Of a stretch of 36,060 nt of DNA, positions 17,550 through 25,438 are shown one piece after another; within the stretch, counting starts at the first letter, position 1; each line of letters opens with the position of its first letter. The stretch is from a virus (taxonomy: Duplodnaviria; Caudoviricetes): the IMG/VR virus record IMGVR_UViG_3300037424_001422, positions 1-36,060 of that record, one strand, 5' to 3'. The position numbers and the translations under genes were made by a program. The notes beneath the pieces were generated by a model, which was given only the letters and a program-made list of their open reading frames with translations, was not told the origin of the DNA and ran no database searches.

Positions 17550-17899
17550 AGATATCTATAATCCAAATACTTAAACTCAATCCGATTGACTCTCTCATTG
17601 CGAGCACAGCCATAATGCCCACAGAGTTTGTCGACAAACTGCTCCGGAGTAAGTTCCGGAAAGCCCTCTTTGATACAATCATCAGGAGTTATTGCGTCGA
17701 GAGACTCCGGCCGCGCAGATACGACTTCAATCAAGGTGATCCTCTCTATCTTCTCACCTTTCTGCAGCCCCATTGCCTTTTCAACCGCCCACAGCTCATC
17801 ACCAGGTTTCAAGAACCACCAGCCGAAGCGCCGCGTCACCGACTTGGTGCGTGCGCGGATCTGCTCCGTGGTCATGGCAAAACTCATATTTCTTGGCAT
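17546..17899 (-). CDS. ASCH/PUA-like domain protein
   Basis: MSFAMTTEQIRARTKSVTRR...LKPGD...DCIKEGF...VNRIEF; AAGGAG RBS. Confidence 0.85.
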   Translation of the reverse strand: MPRNMSFAMTTEQIRARTKSVTRRFGWWFLKPGDELWAVEKAMGLQKGEKIERITLIEVVSARPESLDAITPDDCIKEGFPELTPEQFVDKLCGHYGCARNERVNRIEFKYLDYRYL

Positions 17900-18717
17900 T
17901 GTTCACTCCTTAGTGTTTTCCTTGCCCGGGCAAACGTCGTCACTTCCAGCTTGGCAATGGCTACGACGGTTGGCTTCAACTCCTCCGGATAGCTTGCCAG
18001 TCCAAGTTGATTCAATCGCAAATGTTCCGCCCTGGTCACCAGTAAAAGATTTTCCGGCTCGCAGTTAGTCGGATCGCCATCGATGAGCCTGACTATCATT
18101 CCTTGAGGAACCGGACCGTTGTTCTTTTCCCAGACAACTACATGCTTATGCTTGAACCTTGTTCTCGCTCCGGTGTACGGGTTATTCTCGGCAACCTTGA
18201 CCAGGATAAAGCCATCCTTTGAGCAGATCCGCTCACTACCAAGCGGCTTGGTGTTGCCGGAGACATGGCCTTTTAAAAAAGATCCGCTGTTCGGCTTACA
18301 AATTCCCTGCCCTTTTGTTCCTGTATTATAAGGGACGTTGCCTTTCACGTACTGACCAGTCCGACCGCAAGTAATATTGTGGTTTTTCACGAAGGAAGTG
18401 AGCTGTTTCAGTTTCAGAGACAACCCAAACTTTCGGTTAATGGCCTCCAACAGATACTGCCTTGATCGCTTTTTATATTCGCGCTTAACAAATTCGACCT
18501 GCTCGGGAGAGAGCAACAAACATCTTTCTCCTTTTAAGAGTCCCGGCTTTCTTCCACACGTTATGCTGTTGTTGTGCAGGCAAGCTCTTATCTGGCTGGT
18601 TGTTTTGTTTTCACCAAACTTATCATTGAATTTTTGAGTAAGTTCCGGCAGGCGAAAAAGTTTGTAATTTTCGCGCAAAAAACAAATCATCTCATAGGTA
18701 TATATCCGGCGAACCAT
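17884..18717 (-). CDS. HNH-family endonuclease-like protein with duplicated N-terminal helical repeats
   Basis: KHKHVVVWEKNNGPVPQG...DGDPTNCEPENL...EHLRLN. Confidence 0.85.
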   Translation of the reverse strand: MVRRIYTYEMICFLRENYKLFRLPELTQKFNDKFGENKTTSQIRACLHNNSITCGRKPGLLKGERCLLLSPEQVEFVKREYKKRSRQYLLEAINRKFGLSLKLKQLTSFVKNHNITCGRTGQYVKGNVPYNTGTKGQGICKPNSGSFLKGHVSGNTKPLGSERICSKDGFILVKVAENNPYTGARTRFKHKHVVVWEKNNGPVPQGMIVRLIDGDPTNCEPENLLLVTRAEHLRLNQLGLASYPEELKPTVVAIAKLEVTTFARARKTLRSEQCQEI

Positions 18718-18720
18718 GGC

Positions 18721-18969
18721 CTATGCATCCTCAGCCTGATCGTTTTGCAACAGGCGAGGAACCTCCTTGTTGTCAATCACCCTGTCCCATATCAAGGTTT
18801 GTGCTTTTAGGGTCAGATGACCATTGGCAACAATATCTTTTGCTATTGCCGATACGGCCTTGCTCCGCTCCAGTTCTTTTTTTAGATTCTCACTGTCCAG
18901 TTTCTCATTACTGAGTCTCTCCATCTGTGCAAAAAGATGGTTGTTCAAATCGCTGAGTCTATTTTTCAT
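18721..18969 (-). CDS. Small coiled-coil phage protein of the kind usually paired with this HNH gene
   Basis: MKNRLSDLNNHLFAQMERL...ERSKAV motif. Confidence 0.85.
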   Translation of the reverse strand: MKNRLSDLNNHLFAQMERLSNEKLDSENLKKELERSKAVSAIAKDIVANGHLTLKAQTLIWDRVIDNKEVPRLLQNDQAEDA

Positions 18970-19328
18970 CGCATTCTCCTTTGTTCGTATGTGCCAAGTG
19001 GCGGTATTTTAGCAAGATTATAAGTTCTCGGTTTATTTGACAGATTGCAAAGCGGCCCTTTATCCGTTTCCGGCATCTTGTTTATTGGCTTGCCGTCCAA
19101 ACCAAGACCGTTGCCTGCCCGTGGCTGCAACACAAAAGGTGAGTCCCAGCCGTGTTGTCTAATCCGCTGAAAGAGGGCGGACGGAGTTATATCCAGCAGT
19201 TTGGCCAGCAGATAGATGGAATATGTCTTGCCGTTATCGCATTCGACTTGCAGCACCTTGTGGCCGTAGCCGACTATTCTTTCTCTGTACGGTTCTTTGA
19301 CTATTCTGGTCGGTTTTTGAATATTCAT
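18966..19328 (-). CDS. Hypothetical protein with HTH-like segment
   Basis: SIYLLAKLLDITPSALFQRIRQHGW; ATGA overlaps. Confidence 0.7.
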   Translation of the reverse strand: MNIQKPTRIVKEPYRERIVGYGHKVLQVECDNGKTYSIYLLAKLLDITPSALFQRIRQHGWDSPFVLQPRAGNGLGLDGKPINKMPETDKGPLCNLSNKPRTYNLAKIPPLGTYEQRRMR

Positions 19329-19852
19329 TCTTTTTCACCTTCAGGGTACGAAACATCCGCCCACCATTTCGGGTCGGCAAGGATGATGCCGGTTCTTTTT
19401 TCGCACCACCGAATGTTTCTTGGATTGTCGCCTATTTCAAAACCCTTTGGGTAACTGACCCACCCAACCACAACACCCCGGCGACCGTCATATATCAGGA
19501 TTTCCTTTTTAGGATCCGGGAGGTAAGAGCATTTAACATCGACAGGCATCCACCTGATGGTACTGGTATTTGGTAGCTGATCATCCATAGCTTTCCTCTG
19601 TTGTTGATTTTGGTTCATATTCTGGCCTTGGATAATTCTTTCACATGGATGCTGATCCATATCATCGCGCCACAGGCAAAAAACTTCCTGATCTCCATTG
19701 TGCCAAGTGATAAACTCCCAGCCATTACCATACGCCTGAACCCTCCGGCCTGTTTCCGGTGGATCCGCTTTAGTGGATATCGCGTCACAGAGACAATGTT
19801 TCGGCATGCACCTATAGCCAGGCCTGGAATGTGTAGGGACTCGAACTGTCAT
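19325..19852 (-). CDS. Hypothetical protein, C-terminal half DUF551-like
   Basis: RWMPV...LPDPKKEILI...KWWA; ATGA overlaps. Confidence 0.65.
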   Translation of the reverse strand: MTVRVPTHSRPGYRCMPKHCLCDAISTKADPPETGRRVQAYGNGWEFITWHNGDQEVFCLWRDDMDQHPCERIIQGQNMNQNQQQRKAMDDQLPNTSTIRWMPVDVKCSYLPDPKKEILIYDGRRGVVVGWVSYPKGFEIGDNPRNIRWCEKRTGIILADPKWWADVSYPEGEKE

Positions 19853-20040
19853 AACTGTTCAATCGCCTCCACTTCTTCCTCGACATCGACGCCATCAGCC
19901 GGAGCGACTTCGACGGTAAAAGCATATCGGGTATTTCCCGCCAGCTTTTCCCCCGGGGGAACCGATGCAGCCAGGTGAAAGCCGTTAAAATTCATCCCAG
20001 GGAATACATCGAAGTAAAATGTTATCCGTTTCTTTTCCAT
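19849..20040 (-). CDS. Hypothetical protein (start MEKKR)
   Basis: GAGG RBS before ATG 20040 inside ORF 19849..20079. Confidence 0.65.
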   Translation of the reverse strand: MEKKRITFYFDVFPGMNFNGFHLAASVPPGEKLAGNTRYAFTVEVAPADGVDVEEEVEAIEQL

Positions 20041-20056
20041 TGCTTGCCTCTTGTTG

Positions 20057-20341
20057 TTAAAATTCCAGCAGCCCGGCAACTATTCCCTGCACCTGGTCAG
20101 CCGTAAAAAAATGATATTTGAATGCACTTTCCCTCATCCAGGAGCCATCAAGCCTCAACCGAAAATGGTTATCCCAAAACTCCTCATTGTAGAGAGATCG
20201 GCATGGATACATCAGCCGGGTACCGTACCTGCAGTTGTGCTGCCACTGGCGGGCACGGAACACCTGTAAAATCCTGCTGTTTTTTTGCGTTTTTGATTCG
20301 CACTTGACGATTATCGTCTTATCCGGAACGCGGAAGTCCAT
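20057..20341 (-). CDS. Hypothetical protein (94 aa)
   Basis: GGAG RBS, packed in the operon. Confidence 0.65.
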   Translation of the reverse strand: MDFRVPDKTIIVKCESKTQKNSRILQVFRARQWQHNCRYGTRLMYPCRSLYNEEFWDNHFRLRLDGSWMRESAFKYHFFTADQVQGIVAGLLEF

Positions 20342-20346
20342 AGCGG

Positions 20347-20610
20347 CTACTCCAACCAGGCGTTCTTATCGATTTTTATGGACTGCACATAATCCTGCAG
20401 CTCTCTTGCCAGCAGCCGCAAACCTGCGGTGCCCCTTTTCTTGTTGTATCCATGCAGATCCCCACCCCTCACCAGGTCGTAAACTTTACGTTCACTACAG
20501 GAGAGGATCCGGGCGGCTTCGGCTGGAGCGACCAGCACCGACTTTTCCAGCACATCCCGTTTAAACGCTTCAAGTTCCGAGTGCGTTATACGCTGGTTTA
20601 ATTTAGCCAT
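20347..20610 (-). CDS. Excisionase/MerR-like HTH DNA-binding protein
   Basis: LVAPAEAARILSCSERKVYDLVRGGDL...LRLLARELQDYV; AAGGAG RBS; overlaps the terL stop. Confidence 0.85.
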   Translation of the reverse strand: MAKLNQRITHSELEAFKRDVLEKSVLVAPAEAARILSCSERKVYDLVRGGDLHGYNKKRGTAGLRLLARELQDYVQSIKIDKNAWLE

Positions 20611-22516
20611 TGACGGTTACTCCTTTTGAATAGACTTTTCTTGCCGGGCCGCTTTCGCTAGGCTTACGGCGGATACGTATTTGCAGGATATCGGCAGCTG
20701 CCAGACCGTATACCCCGATATCCCAATGATGATTTGGCTTATGCTTCGGACAGACCCACCAGCCGTGATCATCCTGGTACTCTGCACACAGCTGCTTGGC
20801 ATAGTCTTTACCCATGTCGGCATGCAGGTGATAAGCCCCTGGATCGGACGGCTCGATATTCAGCTTCCTGGACAACTCATTTTTGTACATGGTCACGTTG
20901 ATGATATAGAGACGCAGCCCGCCCGGGATTGGAACTTTCTTCCCCTTCGGCCCCGGGAAGAAGTCGAGCCTGGTCACGTTCCATGGTTGTTCCATTGTCC
21001 GCCTGCCTTTCAGCGGACGGAAGAGAGGATTCTGCCTACAAAACTCGTAAATCTCGGCAGTCCTGGAATGCTTAGGATTATGAGGATTGGTCCCGCCGCC
21101 CGAATCGATGAAAGCAACGTGGATCCGGTATTGTTTGCCGTCGGCATCCAGCCAGGTTTCAGCGGCTTTATCTTTTAAATTTTGGAACGACATAAGAAAA
21201 CCGTGATCAATCCGCCAGCTCTCCAGCTCGCGGCCCCAACCGTAGGCCACAACCTCGTAATGAAAGCCGATCCGCTGAGCATCCACCAGCAGGACAATGC
21301 AGGAGATGTCCCTCGGTACCACCTTGCGAGGCATGGCCGGATCCACGAGCCGCAGGATGTGATCCTCCGATCTATCCTGCTGCTCATAGACATAATCAAT
21401 TGCTTCATAGCCATTGGCCCAGGCTATCCGCTCGGCTACGCTTCCGTCTTTTGACTGCAGCCAGGCTATAGCGATTTCGACCAAAGGGATATCCAGACAA
21501 TCCCAGGACCGATGATGAAAGCCGACCTTGCTTGGTCGAGGGACGTCGGCACCCTTAACGCAAAACCATCGACCGGTCCGGATCGCTTCCATCCGGTCGG
21601 CGTCATTCCAATCGACGCCGCACTCATTGCAGGCATAGCGGACCATATCGGGACCATCGAGCATTTCCGGCGTAGCATTTTCAGGCAGGATAAGGTGATC
21701 ACCGTCCATCTTGATCAGGCTATCGCAGTGCCGGCAGCGCGCCCGATATTCCCACACCTGGGTACAGGCCAACATGCCCTTGTAAATAAACATTCCCGCA
21801 GGCGTTGAAGCAAAGAATCGCTTATACCGGCCCTTGTACAGGCGGTTACGTTTTTTAATCAGGGTGATCGAGTCCGTTTCCTTGCCGACCAGGGGCGGGT
21901 TCTTGTCGACCTCATCACCAAAACAATGTTTGGCCGACCAGGTGGCAGTCGATGACGCCGAATTGGCATGAGCCGGATGGATGGTCATGCCGTGATTGAG
22001 CTTGATCTTCGACATGGTTGTGTCATCCTGACGCTTGCTCAGGTATTTCGCCATATGCGGGGATGACTTCAGCATGGGGATGATCTTCCCGCCGGTGATC
22101 TTGTCGCCGGTTTTCTCGGTAGGCATCATCCAGAACACATCACCTGGATCCACATCGATGCCCCATTCGAGACAGTTGAGCATGGTGGTAGTCTTACCGG
22201 ACTGCTCAACTGCGCAAAACCACACTTCCCGCACATGCGGCAAACCGTAGGTATCCATGATCTTGACGGTATGCGGAGCAAACTCATGACGCCACGGTCC
22301 GGTATGCGGCCCATCCGTCACCATCCGGTATTTTAGCGCATGGTCGGACACCTTGATCTTTGCTGCAGACCGCATGCGCCTGCGGATCACCTTCGGGACG
22401 CGGGGGAGATGGAACCCCCGACCGGAGAGGTTTGCCCGATGCCGTGCCGGTACCCAGGGTGGAATCGGATGGACGCGGCCAGGGACGATGCTGGTTTGTG
22501 TGGCTTGGCTGGTCAT
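20603..22516 (-). CDS. terL: Terminase large subunit, lambda GpA family
   Basis: Walker A EQSGKT, Walker B FGDEVD, ASTP, CxxC pairs, nuclease motifs VDAQ, IDSGG and NHHWD. Confidence 0.95.
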   Translation of the reverse strand: MTSQATQTSIVPGRVHPIPPWVPARHRANLSGRGFHLPRVPKVIRRRMRSAAKIKVSDHALKYRMVTDGPHTGPWRHEFAPHTVKIMDTYGLPHVREVWFCAVEQSGKTTTMLNCLEWGIDVDPGDVFWMMPTEKTGDKITGGKIIPMLKSSPHMAKYLSKRQDDTTMSKIKLNHGMTIHPAHANSASSTATWSAKHCFGDEVDKNPPLVGKETDSITLIKKRNRLYKGRYKRFFASTPAGMFIYKGMLACTQVWEYRARCRHCDSLIKMDGDHLILPENATPEMLDGPDMVRYACNECGVDWNDADRMEAIRTGRWFCVKGADVPRPSKVGFHHRSWDCLDIPLVEIAIAWLQSKDGSVAERIAWANGYEAIDYVYEQQDRSEDHILRLVDPAMPRKVVPRDISCIVLLVDAQRIGFHYEVVAYGWGRELESWRIDHGFLMSFQNLKDKAAETWLDADGKQYRIHVAFIDSGGGTNPHNPKHSRTAEIYEFCRQNPLFRPLKGRRTMEQPWNVTRLDFFPGPKGKKVPIPGGLRLYIINVTMYKNELSRKLNIEPSDPGAYHLHADMGKDYAKQLCAEYQDDHGWWVCPKHKPNHHWDIGVYGLAAADILQIRIRRKPSESGPARKVYSKGVTVNG

Positions 22517-22776
22517 TATCGTTGAGCAATCAAAATATCTTCAAGGAGTGCATACCTATTGACATCCTGCCATTCCCAGGCAGTCCAGACATCGCCGTAT
22601 TCTGGCTCGATCAGTGTCCGGCAATCATCATCGATGTAAACGATATTGACGTCAGATTCGCCATCGAGCTTATCAACCTCAACCAGCAATATCCCGTCCG
22701 GAACATCATCGGAAGTGGGCACATGCCAGGTCACCAGGCGTTGCATGGATTTTTTGCCTTGCTCTTTTCCCATCAC
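22516..22776 (-). CDS. Small acidic hypothetical protein between terS and terL
   Basis: Coupled at both ends (GTGA, TAATG). Confidence 0.65.
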   Translation of the reverse strand: MMGKEQGKKSMQRLVTWHVPTSDDVPDGILLVEVDKLDGESDVNIVYIDDDCRTLIEPEYGDVWTAWEWQDVNRYALLEDILIAQR

Positions 22777-23531
22777 TCACCCTCTTTTTCAAAAACTACA
22801 TTTATGGATTCACCGGCCACTTCATTAAAGGCCCGGCTGATAACTTCATCGGTCAATTCAAAAACCTCCTGGCTCCGGTCCTGGTCACCAGCTGCCTGCA
22901 GCACGATCTCCGCCTGCGCCGTAAAAAGATGATGGCGAATGCAATCACGCAGGGTGCCGATCAGCCCGGCGGTGATCGCCCAGGCGTCATCCGCATGAAG
23001 CCAGAACTTATCTTCCTCACGCCGCATCTTGGTAGCTTTCATCTCAGCCATATCCGCATCGGCCTTGGCTTTTCTCGAATCGTTTTCGCCGGTGTCGGCA
23101 TACTGCCCTGCAGCTACGTGGTTCGGGGCCGCATCCAATTGTTGGCCATAAAGCAATACATGGTATTTGCTGACGGACTTATCCCGGGCAAGCGCCGGAA
23201 AACCTTTGTCGCAATCCTGATAAAACTTGCCGGTGGATATTTTGAAGCCCTGGCCCCTTAACCAGTCAAGCGCCTGTTTACGGCTGGCGAAACGTTCACC
23301 GCCGAGCTGCTCTTGTTCTTCCTCCGGTGCCGCAGGCAGATATTTTTGATTCAATCGGGCTACTGTCTCATCATAGAACGCCCGGGCGGCATCCATATTG
23401 TCCTTGGTTTGCTTACCCGGCTTGAGCTTGTAAGCGTCAAGAGCGGTATCTTTGCCATTCTCGGCAATTTCCAACTCCGCTAATTCAGAGGCCGTCGCCT
23501 GCGCTTTTATCTGTTGTAAATTTTCGGACAT
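22773..23531 (-). CDS. terS: Probable terminase small subunit (Nu1-like), start MSENLQQ
   Basis: ATG 1 nt after the primase stop; HTH-like FASRKQALDWL...ISTGKFYQD; Nu1-like coiled coil RKAKADADMAEMKATKMRRE. Confidence 0.7.
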   Translation of the reverse strand: MSENLQQIKAQATASELAELEIAENGKDTALDAYKLKPGKQTKDNMDAARAFYDETVARLNQKYLPAAPEEEQEQLGGERFASRKQALDWLRGQGFKISTGKFYQDCDKGFPALARDKSVSKYHVLLYGQQLDAAPNHVAAGQYADTGENDSRKAKADADMAEMKATKMRREEDKFWLHADDAWAITAGLIGTLRDCIRHHLFTAQAEIVLQAAGDQDRSQEVFELTDEVISRAFNEVAGESINVVFEKEGE

Positions 23532-23532
23532 T

Positions 23533-25161
23533 TCAACCCCTGCCGAAGGCACATTTCTTGTGGATCCGTGCGTTACGTATAAATTGATCTTTAAAAATCT
23601 CGCAAAGAGCCCCATGACCAGGACCCCAAAACAGCTTGTAAAACCTATCACTCAAGTCCTGGTTACGATGCCGCCAATCTCCAGTAGCATCGATGATGCC
23701 AGCATCCATACCATCAGGTGACAACCAGCCGGAAACAGGATGGCCTTGCATAATCGCCCAGGCACTCATCACTTCGGAACGCTCCAGAGGCGGTAAATTG
23801 TTTATTGCGGTGAGGATTCGGTCGACCGGCGATTGTGGGGCTCCAATTTGCAAGTTTTGCGAAATAGGTTCACTTATGGGCTCGTTTGTCTCAATTTTGG
23901 CCTTTAAATCGATTTTTTCGGCCTCATTACTATCAACACCCCTACCCCCCCGTTGAGCACGCTCAGGACAAAAGGCCTGCTCATGGGCAATTTTTTGAGG
24001 TGGTGTATCAATCTCAAGTGATTCTTTAGCAGGTAATATGGCTTCTTTGGTGACTACAGGAGGCAATCCGGCCTCAATCCATAGCTTAAGGTCACCGCCC
24101 TGTTGAAAGTAATGACCGGGGTCTTTGCCGACTGGAACCGTCCAGAACTGAGCCTGACGGTATGCAGCTTTCCAAGACAAAAATGCCTTTGGACCGGCAC
24201 CCATCTTGCCGTCTTTTTCCGCATCCGCATCGAGGGCGACTAAAATAACCGACGCCGTTTCCAGTTCTGTCTTGAGAGCTGCAGGCAACCCGGCTGCTAC
24301 GGTGCCGATACCGATGACCATCACCTGATCGTGAGCGCTGGCAGTGGCGAAGGTGTCAAGCTCTGCCTCTTCAATGACCACGCCTCTATATGGACCTGCC
24401 GGACGGATCACCAGGGGGCCGGTGCCGCTGCCGTCGATCCACACATATTTGAGCTTTGGTAAAAACTTTTCACGGGACTCCGGAGAGCGGCGAACGCGAA
24501 GCCGATGCAGCTGGCCGTTGCGGTCATAGATCGGGATCAACAGACCGTCCGGTACCCAAAGTTTTGTTTTGTCGTCTTTGACCTTGGTCAAACCGATTGA
24601 TTCACGGTTGACCTGTTCTTGATGGTTGAGCCAGCCCAGGCCGAAACGTTTCACTGCGGCATTGTCGATGCCGCGATCCGCGAGCCACTTAAGAACCTCC
24701 GGCTGCTGTTGGATATTTTCCTGCGCCTTGGCAACGAGGCCATCAGCCCAGGTCAACCAAAGCGGGTTCGGTGCTGTTACCGCTGTGATCGGCAGGGGAG
24801 TGACCTTGTTCACGTTTGAACGAGGCTGCACCGATGGTTTATAACCTTTGCCTTTGCTTTTGACTGTGCCACCGGTACCAAGGCGGCATTTGTCACGGAC
24901 TTGGCAGCTGTCAGCCCTACAATCACGACCAGCTGCTTCATGGGCAGCCGGACAGCTCATACCTTCCTTAATTCTCAGCCAGGTGATGATATCACCCTTA
25001 AAACCGCAGGCGTAACACTTGAAACCGCCATCATCCTTGATATAGAACTTGTCGGACTTGCTGGATCCTGCGCAGTCCGGGCACGGTCCGATCCATTTAC
25101 CGGACTTACGGCGGAGATTGTGACGGTCAGCTATTGCAGAAAGGATAGAAGAAATGGTCAT
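23533..25161 (-). CDS. DNA primase (Zn-binding domain plus TOPRIM-like domain)
   Basis: GPCPDC...FKCYACGFKGDII, WLADRGI, EAELD, ALDAD and KDP motifs. Confidence 0.88.
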   Translation of the reverse strand: MTISSILSAIADRHNLRRKSGKWIGPCPDCAGSSKSDKFYIKDDGGFKCYACGFKGDIITWLRIKEGMSCPAAHEAAGRDCRADSCQVRDKCRLGTGGTVKSKGKGYKPSVQPRSNVNKVTPLPITAVTAPNPLWLTWADGLVAKAQENIQQQPEVLKWLADRGIDNAAVKRFGLGWLNHQEQVNRESIGLTKVKDDKTKLWVPDGLLIPIYDRNGQLHRLRVRRSPESREKFLPKLKYVWIDGSGTGPLVIRPAGPYRGVVIEEAELDTFATASAHDQVMVIGIGTVAAGLPAALKTELETASVILVALDADAEKDGKMGAGPKAFLSWKAAYRQAQFWTVPVGKDPGHYFQQGGDLKLWIEAGLPPVVTKEAILPAKESLEIDTPPQKIAHEQAFCPERAQRGGRGVDSNEAEKIDLKAKIETNEPISEPISQNLQIGAPQSPVDRILTAINNLPPLERSEVMSAWAIMQGHPVSGWLSPDGMDAGIIDATGDWRHRNQDLSDRFYKLFWGPGHGALCEIFKDQFIRNARIHKKCAFGRG

Positions 25162-25172
25162 TTTAGTTCACC

Positions 25173-25438
25173 CATGAGTAAATTTTTTGCTCATGGCCTG
25201 CTAATGGTGCAAGTCATGGCTTTAAGTTATTAATTACATTACCTATTATATGTTATTCATGAGTAAATGAGTGATATGCTATGTGTACGCATGGAAGAAA
25301 AACACAATTATGTTTTTTGTATATACGTACGCGCGGAAATTCACTCATTTGCTCATGCAATTTAAAAAACAATAAATGAAAACAAATTGTTAAGGCCATG
25401 ACTTGAGCCATGAGCAGACCATGAGCAAATGAGTAAAT
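25173..25438. repeat. Nested inverted repeats with ATGAG(C/T) units, candidate replication origin
   Basis: 40-bp IR 25186-25225/25390-25429 (35/40); 17-bp IR 25258-25274/25341-25357 (16/17); AT-rich spacers. Confidence 0.75.

Noticed and set aside
23532-23651. Upstream extension of terS given by the ORF track
   Set aside because: It overlaps the primase C-terminus; ATG 23531 right after the primase stop is more plausible.
25173-25438. CRISPR array or mini-array
   Set aside because: The repeats are short, inverted and nested, with no regular unique spacers and no cas genes.
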